Below, piece after piece: positions 27,676-36,205 of a DNA stretch of 64,000 bases. A program made the translations under genes and the position numbers. The notes beneath the pieces were generated by a model, which saw only the letters and a program-made list of their open reading frames with translations, did no database searches and was not told the origin of the DNA. This DNA comes from Candidatus Obscuribacterales bacterium. Lineage in GTDB: Bacteria > Cyanobacteriota > Vampirovibrionia > Obscuribacterales > Obscuribacteraceae. The number at the start of each line of letters is the position of its first letter. Positions within the stretch are counted from its first letter, which is position 1. The DNA lies in the NCBI GenBank assembly GCA_031292355.1, contig JARLHI010000040.1:36090-100089 (forward strand), written 5' to 3'.

Positions 27676-28319
27676 TAGCCTAAAATAGATAAAATTAGCA
27701 ATTAACGTATTTTAAAAAGTGACACCAACGACATTTTTGCTGAGTGTAGTTGGACGTGCTTTCTTTGATTCGGGTGGGATTCGGGGCGCACCAAGAGTGT
27801 GCAACCGCGACTTCACCTCGACGCTCCGACCGACGTCGGCAAAGACATTGATAGCGTCTTTCTCTGCCACAACGTTCAGCGTTTCGGAGCCTCCCATGTC
27901 ATGGCAGACGATGCTGAAAGCATAATGCGGCGCGGCCGATAGCCAGAAGAGAAGCGTCCGGTTGGGCGGGATAGCAGCAGCAGACCAATGGCAATGAGCA
28001 CGGCCCACACAGGAAGCGGTATCTGATTTATTTGGTTGATCATGGGATGTACCTTTCGATGCCTAAGATTTGGTTCCGTCGCCGTTGTTGCGTGAGCTTC
28101 GCTAGTTCTGGTATCGCCGGTGGTGTTTCAAAATGACAAAAACCAGCAGATCGCAGGTAAACGATCTACTGGTTTTTAATGTTGGCGGAGAGGGGACTCC
28201 GGTTGTCTGAATCATGGGCAGACTATTACATTTTAACTATCAAAATAACACTGACATGACATGGAAAATCGCGCAGGCGTGCGATACTCCATTACAAAGA
28301 GAAAAACATCTCCGATAGG

Positions 28320-28955
28320 ATGCATTTAGTGCAAAAGATTGTGAAAAAACAAATCAAGAATATTTTCAGTGACGTTGGCGGCGTGCTTGCTACAAATGGA
28401 TGGGATCACATTTCTCGACGCAAGGCTGCCGAGCAATTCAATCTCGATTACGAGGAATTTGAAAGCTATCACCAGAAAGTAGCAGATTCTTTTGACGCCG
28501 GATTGATTACTTTAACTCAATATCTCAAGGCCACTGTTTTTTATGAGGCGCGCAGCTTTTCGGTTGATGATTTTTTTGCTTTTATGAAAATGCAATCGCA
28601 GGCGAATTCAGACGCTCTAGGAGTGGTTAAAGCACTGCAAGCCACTGGAAAATATCGACTGGCAACGATTAACAACGAATCATTCGAACTGAATGATTTT
28701 CGCATCAAGAAATTTGCACTAGCGGATTATTTCGAATCGTTTTTTTCATCGTGCTATATGGGTCTGAGAAAACCTGAGCCTGAGATTTATCGTCGGGCGC
28801 TGCTTATCTCCAACTCTTGCGCTGAAGATTCAGTATTTATTGATGATCGGGAAGAGAATCTGGTAGCACCGAAAGAGTTGAATATGCAAACGATTTTGTT
28901 TGTGGACGCTCAGCAATTGCGAGATTCGCTGAGCGCCATTGGTGTCGATTGCTAA
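28320..28955 (+). CDS. HAD-superfamily hydrolase (subfamily IA-like)
   Basis: Motif I FSDVGGVL (DxG). Motif IV-like FIDDREEN. Overall HAD-IA pattern. Confidence 0.7.
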   Translation: MHLVQKIVKKQIKNIFSDVGGVLATNGWDHISRRKAAEQFNLDYEEFESYHQKVADSFDAGLITLTQYLKATVFYEARSFSVDDFFAFMKMQSQANSDALGVVKALQATGKYRLATINNESFELNDFRIKKFALADYFESFFSSCYMGLRKPEPEIYRRALLISNSCAEDSVFIDDREENLVAPKELNMQTILFVDAQQLRDSLSAIGVDC

Positions 28956-30052
28956 AGCTCCTGGAGCAGCTGCAGTGTTCGGCGTCCGACTGCAATACCA
29001 CAACTATGCTTCTGACCGTGCACGCTGAGGCTCCAGAGCATAATCAGTGCCGCAGAGAGTTTCATGTAATTGCTGAAGACACGATTGTCCCGAGCCGAGG
29101 GAGTGAAGTAGCAGTCAGGCAAGCACACTGGTTCATGACCGACCTCTGCAATTTGATCCACATATCCTTGCAGAAATTTGCAAGACAAATTGGTATCGAA
29201 TGGCGCGGGCTCTTGTGAGGACAAATTGCCTGCGTACATGAGCAAGCCATATGCTAGGTCCATCAGAGGATTATCCAGACGTGTGTAATCCCAATCGATC
29301 AGCCCACAGGCATTACCATTGCGGTAGAGAATATTGCCTGGTTGAAAATCCCCATGTACAACCACTTCTTCGGCTTTAAGAGCTTTAGCGTGGATTCCGT
29401 CTTCGATTTCGGCAGCAGCCTTGCGCAAAATGGCCAGCAGTCTCTGGTGCTCCAGGCTCTCGAGACCGATGCGCGCGAGATACTTTGACCCTGCATCTGC
29501 GCACGCATCAAGCAGAAGTTGCGGCACGCTAGATGCTATCGACGTTTCTATTTCACAGCCGAGGTCAAGCAATCTGGTTTTGACGGATCGTGTCGCTGCG
29601 TGGGTTCTGGCAAGCAGGTTTCCAGCCGAATAACTGTGCGAGTCTGTCCAGGGTGGTGGAGATTGAAGCCAATCGAAAGATGGTGCGTTTGCTTCGAAAG
29701 TGGTGACACTCCAGACGGTCTTTTCCGCTCCTGAAAATCCGGTTGCAATGTGAATGTCTTTGCCAGAGGCAGTGAGTCGACGCGCGGGAACGACTATGTG
29801 GTGGTCATTTTTGGCCAGTAAGTTTTCGACCGCGGTCATCGCCGAAGATTGTCTATGAATGGAGAACGGAGTGGCCTTTAAAACAAAATCCTGGATCGTT
29901 CCATTTTGATTGCAGCGTGCTTGTACGACGATGGATGTTCCGTCGTTTTTGAGAAATCTAAGAGCCGCGCTTTCATTACTTTCGGACTCTAAGGTCAATC
30001 CGAATGCTTCGAGGCAGGGCATGCACAATATTTGAAGGGCGTTTGAGGACAT
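28952..30052 (-). CDS. aminoglycoside/choline/homoserine-kinase-type phosphotransferase family protein
   Basis: HGDFQPGNILY catalytic-loop and GLIDWDY metal-binding motifs of the APH kinase-like fold. Confidence 0.7.
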   Translation of the reverse strand: MSSNALQILCMPCLEAFGLTLESESNESAALRFLKNDGTSIVVQARCNQNGTIQDFVLKATPFSIHRQSSAMTAVENLLAKNDHHIVVPARRLTASGKDIHIATGFSGAEKTVWSVTTFEANAPSFDWLQSPPPWTDSHSYSAGNLLARTHAATRSVKTRLLDLGCEIETSIASSVPQLLLDACADAGSKYLARIGLESLEHQRLLAILRKAAAEIEDGIHAKALKAEEVVVHGDFQPGNILYRNGNACGLIDWDYTRLDNPLMDLAYGLLMYAGNLSSQEPAPFDTNLSCKFLQGYVDQIAEVGHEPVCLPDCYFTPSARDNRVFSNYMKLSAALIMLWSLSVHGQKHSCGIAVGRRTLQLLQEL

Positions 30053-30175
30053 CGAGTAGATCTTTCTTGGATGGTGTCAGTTTAACGCAAATTGAATGCC
30101 CGAAATGACAAAAAGAGAGAGTGCTCGCGCGAGATTCGGAACGCTCTCTCATTCTGTTACTTAATTAGTTGTGGG

Positions 30176-30742
30176 TTATTCGGAGGTGTCTTCGAAGGCT
30201 CTTCCGCCGGTGAGTTCCGAGCGGATCACTTTGAGAACGTCTTCGAAATCTGTCGTCGCATAGACGGCGCCGTACAGATTTCGCAATTCTTTGTCGCGGA
30301 AATCTTGCGGCGTTGGCTCTCCTTGCCCGAAGAGCTGATTGGGAAAATCTCCGTTGAGGACAGTATAGAGCTGGGCGTGAGTCGCTTCGCTGCCGTCACT
30401 GCTGGCGGTGCCCGACAATTGATCGGCTCTCAGTACAAACTGGATTTTTCTCGTGGTAGCCTTGACGCCCAAGCTAGCCAGCCAAGCAAACAGCAAAGAA
30501 GCTCGGCTGGGCACTTCGAGTGTTACATCAATGCGCCAGCTGTCGTCCTCGCTGATAGTGGTGCCGACTGAAGTTTGGATGTATGACGTCGATAGGCCAA
30601 ATATGCTTCCACCTGTTGGAACGAGCTTAATCAGTTGAGAAAGCGCATGATTCGCTGCGCCCGTCGATATTGGGGCTCCCCGATTCTCGAAGGCTTCGTC
30701 AGCGGTCGCGTAAGTTGTTTCATTAGCCGCGATGTCAGTCAC
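30176..30742 (-). CDS. hypothetical protein (188 aa), downstream of the large flotillin-like gene
   Basis: Same strand and probably co-transcribed. No motif recognised. Confidence 0.45.
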   Translation of the reverse strand: MTDIAANETTYATADEAFENRGAPISTGAANHALSQLIKLVPTGGSIFGLSTSYIQTSVGTTISEDDSWRIDVTLEVPSRASLLFAWLASLGVKATTRKIQFVLRADQLSGTASSDGSEATHAQLYTVLNGDFPNQLFGQGEPTPQDFRDKELRNLYGAVYATTDFEDVLKVIRSELTGGRAFEDTSE

Positions 30743-30913
30743 TGTGGTACCTCATGTTTGAGTTTGCAGCGCGTCGCTCAATTCGAGAGACCCGACGAGG
30801 GACCCGAAATGAGCAAAAAGGGAGAAAAAAGGTGAGACATCAAAAGATGCCCCACCTCCTTCCATTACTTATTCAACTCTGCGATACCATGTGCATGGTA
30901 CTGCGGAGTGGAA

Positions 30914-33088
30914 TTACACTACGTCGGTCTTCGGGGCGCTGGAAGCGTCCGTAGAAGCCGGCGCAGCACTGGCGTCAGCATCAGGAGCCGGAGCGACTGT
31001 GGGCTTTGCGGCAACTGCGGCGGGAGCACCACCGTCGATACCAGCGAGCTTGGGCAGCAACATGGCGCCGATGAGGTCGGCCATTGAACCACCGCCATTG
31101 CCACCACCGGTGGAAATTTGCGGCACGATAGGCACCCTGATCTCGACGAGCGCGCGCGTCTGTTCGAGACGAGCAACGTTGTCTTGACCGAGTGCGTCGG
31201 ACTTCTTGCGATAGGCTTCGGCTTCGGCAGTACCAGTCGCGAGAACGACGGCCGCTTCGGCTTCACCCTTGAGCTGAATTGCTTTCGCTGTTGCAACGCC
31301 GACTGCTTCGATGCGGGCAGCTTCACCAGAAGCCCGTTCCCTGGCAGCAAGAGCGTCGTTCTTGGCGATGAGGATGCCGGCTTCAGCCTTCCGGATGGAT
31401 GACTGCTGATCGGCTTCAGCCTTGGTGTTCTCGAGCGTGACGCGCGCCACTTCGGCGAGCTGCTGCGAGGTGTACATCTCCTTGCGTTGATCGGCAAGGT
31501 TTTTGGCCGACTGCGTATCCATCAGGTCCTTGGGCAGGTTGATGTTGGTGATCAAAACGGCAATCACCTCGATACGATAGTCACGCAGCGCGTTCTGCAC
31601 CTCGACGAGGGCACTGGCTGCTTCTTCGGCACGCTTCTTCATGTAGTTCAGCGCCGGCGACTTGGAGACCTGCGAGCGGAAAATGCCGTCCACCTGTGGG
31701 TGAATGACGTTTGCTTCCAGGGCATCGATGTCACCGAGCTTGGAGATGACGTAAGGGACGTTCTCCGGCAGCACGCGGTAGTTGACCCGAACTTCGACGG
31801 TCATCTCGAAGCCGTCATTGGAGACGACCATGAAGGGGTCGAAGTAGTTCGTCTTTTGGTCTTCCTTGGCATTGGCCCACTCGACGGTACGAGCAGACGT
31901 CGGCCATGGAATGACTTTTTCCGCGTAGGGGTTGATAGCATACTTGGCCGGCTGCAGCACTTCGCTCTGCAGACCGCGTTCGCCTCGATTGACGACATGA
32001 AGTGCGCGACCACCGCTGTTAAGCCGGTGTTCGGCGGTGTCGGTGGCCGACCCGTCGATTGTCGTGGTAGATGGTTCTGCCTTGCTGGTGGGCTCGCTGC
32101 CTGTGTAGGCAATGCGGGCGGCCACGAAGCCAGGAAGCACCTCGTACAGTTCCTTCATTTCGATTTCGAAAGCATCGGTGTTGATGTAGTATCGACCGGC
32201 ACCAAGCACGCGATCTTGTGGACCAGCAAAGCCGCCGAGGGTAACAAACTGCTGCGCGTCGGAGAAGATGTTGTCGGTCGCGGCAGGAGTGGTGGCACAT
32301 ACTTCGCCAGCAGGCAGCGGTCGGCCGATCTTGGCGATCACGATACCGACCTTGCCCTTCGGCACATCGGTGGCGGGCATCGTCTTGACGTCGAAGACTG
32401 CGGTGTTGATGTTGTAGACACCGGGCGGCAGAATCTCGATCTGTCGACCTTGCTGTCCGCCATTCTTGATGAAAGTGGCAGCATCCTGGAAGCGGTCGTG
32501 ACCTTCGACCTTGTCGCCGAGAATCTGACCGGCAGACGTCCGTAAGGGCTTACCGTCCTTGGCGTAAACGAGACCGACCTGACCTTCGGGAATGACAGTC
32601 CGATCGATGATGTCGATCTTGAACTGCAACGGATGGATGAACTTGGCGCCAGCCGTCAGCAGCTTGAGCTGCGTGCCGACGATGCCGCCGTTTTCCATGA
32701 AGCCGTTGACGTCCTGGAAGTTGTCGTGATGATCGCCAGCGGCGTCATCGGCGAAGTTGCGACCAGCCGGAAGCGGCTTGCCATCGAGCGCCGTGACGAC
32801 AGCCAGTTTTCCCTCGGGCACGATGGTGATGTCTTTCATCTCCTTGATGCGCCGATTGGGATAGGCTACGAAGTGCCATCCCTGCTTGTAGTAAGTGCGT
32901 AGCACGCCGATTTCGTTGTCGCGAGCGAGGATGCGACCGGTTTCGATGCTCTTGCCCTTGAGGGTGTTTTCGAGCAATGCGAGCTTGCCGCTGGGAACCT
33001 TGCGGACCCAACGCGTAGCGAGCCAGAGAAGCGCTGCCAGAACGACTACACCGATTCCGGTGTAGATGCCGAGATTAACGAAGTTCAT
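30914..33088 (-). CDS. large flotillin-like SPFH protein with three N-terminal ~65-aa repeats and an Ala/Glu-rich coiled-coil
   Basis: N-terminal TM. Three repeats of VPEGK.GVV.A.DGKPL…H..FQD…F…GG…. SPFH core (MTVEVRVNYRV…, YRIEVIAVLITNINLPKDL). Flotillin-like EA-repeat coiled-coil. Pro/Ala-rich tail. Confidence 0.7.
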   Translation of the reverse strand: MNFVNLGIYTGIGVVVLAALLWLATRWVRKVPSGKLALLENTLKGKSIETGRILARDNEIGVLRTYYKQGWHFVAYPNRRIKEMKDITIVPEGKLAVVTALDGKPLPAGRNFADDAAGDHHDNFQDVNGFMENGGIVGTQLKLLTAGAKFIHPLQFKIDIIDRTVIPEGQVGLVYAKDGKPLRTSAGQILGDKVEGHDRFQDAATFIKNGGQQGRQIEILPPGVYNINTAVFDVKTMPATDVPKGKVGIVIAKIGRPLPAGEVCATTPAATDNIFSDAQQFVTLGGFAGPQDRVLGAGRYYINTDAFEIEMKELYEVLPGFVAARIAYTGSEPTSKAEPSTTTIDGSATDTAEHRLNSGGRALHVVNRGERGLQSEVLQPAKYAINPYAEKVIPWPTSARTVEWANAKEDQKTNYFDPFMVVSNDGFEMTVEVRVNYRVLPENVPYVISKLGDIDALEANVIHPQVDGIFRSQVSKSPALNYMKKRAEEAASALVEVQNALRDYRIEVIAVLITNINLPKDLMDTQSAKNLADQRKEMYTSQQLAEVARVTLENTKAEADQQSSIRKAEAGILIAKNDALAARERASGEAARIEAVGVATAKAIQLKGEAEAAVVLATGTAEAEAYRKKSDALGQDNVARLEQTRALVEIRVPIVPQISTGGGNGGGSMADLIGAMLLPKLAGIDGGAPAAVAAKPTVAPAPDADASAAPASTDASSAPKTDVV

Positions 33089-33122
33089 AGCTTGTCCTTG
33101 AGATTGAAGTTACTTGGAAGAG

Positions 33123-33153
33123 TCTCTTTAGCTGCACGTCGCAGCTAAAGAGA
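33123..33153. repeat. perfect 13-bp inverted repeat (hairpin) between pncA and the flotillin-like gene
   Basis: TCTCTTTAGCTGC-ACGTC-GCAGCTAAAGAGA. No strong T-tract follows. Possibly a terminator for pncBA or an operator. Confidence 0.45.
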
Positions 33154-33196
33154 CAGGGTTGGAATAGTCCGTTTACGTTTTACACAGTTGGAACGC

Positions 33197-33853
33197 TTAC
33201 AGAATGTCCGCCGCGGTGATCAACGTGACACCATGGGCGGTGAGATCCGCGTCGTCGGCAGCGGCCATTTCAGGTGCGAGCATCGAGCAGGCATCGGTGA
33301 CAAGATATGTCTCGAAGCCTTCGTCGACCGCGTCTTTGGCGGTATAGCTGGCACAGAAAGGACGTGTGATGCCGACCACAACGACGGTCGTTACGCCCTT
33401 ACTGCGCAGCCAATCGGCGAGGTCTGTTTTCTGACCTTTCTTGTTGTCTCGGAAACCCGAGTAGCTGTCGACCTGTTTGTCGGTCCCCTTGCGGACGACG
33501 TGATCGCATCGCGAGCGGTCGAAACTCGGATGGAATTCGGCACCAGGCGTATTCGCGCGTCCGTGGACGGTCCAGAGCATCTGCTGCACGCCGTGCAGGT
33601 CGATGATCTCGCCGGGGTTTTTACCCAAGTGTTGTTCGGCGAAACTTTCGTGATCCGGCGGATGGTGGTCTGCCGTATCGACGACGAGATTGAACTTCGG
33701 TGACGCCGAAAGCTTGTTGACGTTGTGCACAATGGTTGGCGCTGTGGCGACGGGCAGCTCGCCTGTGCCAGGAATGTTTCTGTCTTCCGGAAAGAAGCAG
33801 TTCTGCCCATCCACGCGGATGAGAGCAGTGGTGCCATTGAACGAGATTGTCAT
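33197..33853 (-). CDS. pncA: nicotinamidase / isochorismatase-family hydrolase
   Basis: ALIRVDGQNCF (DxQxDF-type) motif, VVVVGIT…C catalytic Cys region. Adjacent to pncB. Confidence 0.75.
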   Translation of the reverse strand: MTISFNGTTALIRVDGQNCFFPEDRNIPGTGELPVATAPTIVHNVNKLSASPKFNLVVDTADHHPPDHESFAEQHLGKNPGEIIDLHGVQQMLWTVHGRANTPGAEFHPSFDRSRCDHVVRKGTDKQVDSYSGFRDNKKGQKTDLADWLRSKGVTTVVVVGITRPFCASYTAKDAVDEGFETYLVTDACSMLAPEMAAADDADLTAHGVTLITAADIL

Positions 33854-34002
33854 ATGACCTCTTGCTGGTTGATGATGACTGAGACAATGGTGGCAGAAAC
33901 TGGCACCATTGTCCCCGGAAATCTGTCATGTAAGTTCGCCCGGGCAGCTGAGTGCGCGAGCGAGCCGACATGCTCAGATGGTTTTGAGTGCGATCAGGCG
34001 AC

Positions 34003-35202
34003 CTAGGCTGCCTTTTTCAGCTTCAGCGTCCCGTCTATTGGCCGCCCGTGATGAGTCCAGAGTGCGACCTCGACGGCATCGGGGTCGCCGCTGGCCTTTT
34101 CGGGAGAATCGGAAAGTTTGACGACCGGCACGACGATGCCGCTATGGTCGATCACTTCCGCGAGTTTGATCACGATTTTCAGTGCCGGACTTTGGGCGCC
34201 GTAATCGTTGCTCATGGAGGTACCGATGCCAAACCAGCATTTTCCGCCCTTTTCTGCCACCCACAACTTGATGGCGATCGCTGAATCGACATCATTGCCA
34301 TCGGTGAATCCAAGCGGCTTAGTCACCCAGTTGATGCCCAGCTTCCCGTAGTGAGCGATCATCTTCTCCGCCCAGATGTAAGGATCGGCCGAGTCATGGC
34401 GAACGGAGTCGAACTGGCTCGCGAGCAATTTGTCGAAATCTCGCAGGAAAGCGTCCGTACCAAAGGTGTCCGGAAGCGCGACCCCCAGTGCACCCTGATA
34501 GACATCCATCCAGGCTCGCAGTGCGAAGCGGTTGGCGTGACGCAGTGAGAACAAGGCGGAGTGCGCCATGATCCATTCGTGGGCCATGGTGCCGAGCGCC
34601 TTCACTCCGTATTTCATCGCCAGATAAACGTTGCTCGTTCCGGTGAAATTTGGGTTGTGCTGGCAGATGCGCACAACACGCTCCTGGGCTTCGAAATGTC
34701 GGCGACGACGCGTGCCGAAATCGCCCCAGATCACGTTCGCTTCCGTCAGACGCCTGGACTTCTCGAGCATCAGCTCGTCTTGCCCATCGTCGGTCCAGTT
34801 GGTGTCGATTTCCTCGTAGTAGGTTTCGCTGATCATGGCCAGAAGCGGCACTTCCCAGAGGATGGTGCGGCACCAGAGACCAGCTATCTCCACCTGGAGC
34901 TTGCCCTTGTGCAAGCCGACTTTCACCTCCTTGGAATTGAAGCGATAGTTGGCCAGGTATTCCCAGTAGCCGCGATTGATCCACGGCATGTTTTTTTCGC
35001 ACCAAATTCGCTCTACGAGCGAAAGTTTGGCTTTTTCTGCGGCTTTGATCTTGCGCTTTAGAGCCCGCAGAGCCTCTTTGGTCCAGTTGCCCTTGGGCGC
35101 ACGATCCGTAAACCTGTATTTGACGACGATGTCTGGATACAGGCGCAGAACCGCATTCTGCATCGAAAACTTGTAGAGGTCATTGTCGAGAATTGATCGC
35201 AT
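34003..35202 (-). CDS. pncB: nicotinate phosphoribosyltransferase
   Basis: N-terminus ILDNDLYKFSMQNAV matches PncB (…DTDLYKLTMQQA…). 399 aa. Confidence 0.85.
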   Translation of the reverse strand: MRSILDNDLYKFSMQNAVLRLYPDIVVKYRFTDRAPKGNWTKEALRALKRKIKAAEKAKLSLVERIWCEKNMPWINRGYWEYLANYRFNSKEVKVGLHKGKLQVEIAGLWCRTILWEVPLLAMISETYYEEIDTNWTDDGQDELMLEKSRRLTEANVIWGDFGTRRRRHFEAQERVVRICQHNPNFTGTSNVYLAMKYGVKALGTMAHEWIMAHSALFSLRHANRFALRAWMDVYQGALGVALPDTFGTDAFLRDFDKLLASQFDSVRHDSADPYIWAEKMIAHYGKLGINWVTKPLGFTDGNDVDSAIAIKLWVAEKGGKCWFGIGTSMSNDYGAQSPALKIVIKLAEVIDHSGIVVPVVKLSDSPEKASGDPDAVEVALWTHHGRPIDGTLKLKKAA

Positions 35203-35463
35203 GTTTTGCTCTTTCAGGTTGGTGGTGGGTGCTTGCGTTTGCCTGGCTGCTGTTTGCGCAACTGGGCGGCGAAATCACTGCGAACTAAGCCTGCCGTCTT
35301 TACAGATGCGGAAGTGCAGGAGTGGTGGCTAAAAGGTTTGACTTCGTAGTGAGTGCTATGAAAATTCCGGTGGTTGAGTGTTGAAATACGATTGACCCTA
35401 CCGTGCCTACCGGAGTGATATCAAGGTGGTCGTGGCGCCGTTCACTGGTTTTGTCATTAGTAC

Positions 35464-35519
35464 CTTTAAAGAGAACCTCTTGGCAAATTTGCCGCTTTTG
35501 TAGAACTCTTTAAAGCCGT
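35464..35519. promoter_or_regulatory. nested palindrome upstream of pncB (candidate operator)
   Basis: 10-bp inverted repeat CTTTAAAGAG…CTCTTTAAAG enclosing the perfect 12-bp palindrome GGCAAATTTGCC. About 260 bp upstream of the pncB start on the minus strand. Confidence 0.35.
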
Positions 35520-35638
35520 TACAGAGAGGGATTGGTCGACAGATTCAGTTGTGTCACGGCCTTGTGAACCTAGCGATGCTTCGCGCGAGTGCAATTTTTT
35601 GTTCACGAATTGGCAAGACCGTTCCAAAAGAGAATGCA

Positions 35639-36064
35639 TCATCCCGGGGCGGCGAGGCTCGTGTGGTGCCACATGCCGAAGCCGATGGTCTGAAAGCCAT
35701 GGCGCTCATAAAAAGCCTGAAGCCACGGCTTAGAATCATCGAAGGTAAGACCGAGGTAGCGAATCTTGTAATTGCTTGCCTCAAGAATCAGCCTGTCGAC
35801 CAGGCAACCGCCGACGCCCATCTGACGTGCGGATGGATGCACTGACAGGTCGCAAATTGTTCCGTGTCGGCGATTCCCAGCGAGAAATCCGACGCCTATC
35901 AACGTGCCGGAAGCGTCTCTTGCACCGGCGACAAAAAGAGACTGCTTTAAGCAATCTTGCCACTCTTTTGCACTTTCAGCTGTGAATAGCTGTTCGCGCA
36001 CTGCAAGCACTTCCGCTGGCATGATTATGCTTGCAGATGGGTCGTTCACCGAGAATTTCAACAT
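35639..36064 (-). CDS. GNAT-family N-acetyltransferase
   Basis: Acetyl-CoA binding motif region …RQMGVGGCLVDRLILEA… and C-terminal YERHGFQ. Confidence 0.7.
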   Translation of the reverse strand: MLKFSVNDPSASIIMPAEVLAVREQLFTAESAKEWQDCLKQSLFVAGARDASGTLIGVGFLAGNRRHGTICDLSVHPSARQMGVGGCLVDRLILEASNYKIRYLGLTFDDSKPWLQAFYERHGFQTIGFGMWHHTSLAAPG

Positions 36065-36205
36065 GCTTTCCCTTTGTCTTCAGATGTTTTTTCAGTATCT
36101 TACGACGATCTTCGGGAAGGAGTGCTTCCCGGAAATAAAGAAGAGGGACGCACCTTAGATTTAAGACGCGTCCCCTAGAGTTTAGATCTCGACTGTTATC
36201 GACGA

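Noticed and set aside
27712-28043. 98-aa minus ORF and an alternative 50-aa small membrane ORF (27891..28043)
   Set aside because: Two competing frames in an intergenic region. Neither has domain support. The 50-aa one has a plausible RBS but is too uncertain to list as a feature.
31487-32545. 352-aa + strand ORF and Arg-rich minus ORFs inside 30914..33088
   Set aside because: Antisense or out-of-frame to the flotillin-like gene. Composition is typical of shadow ORFs.
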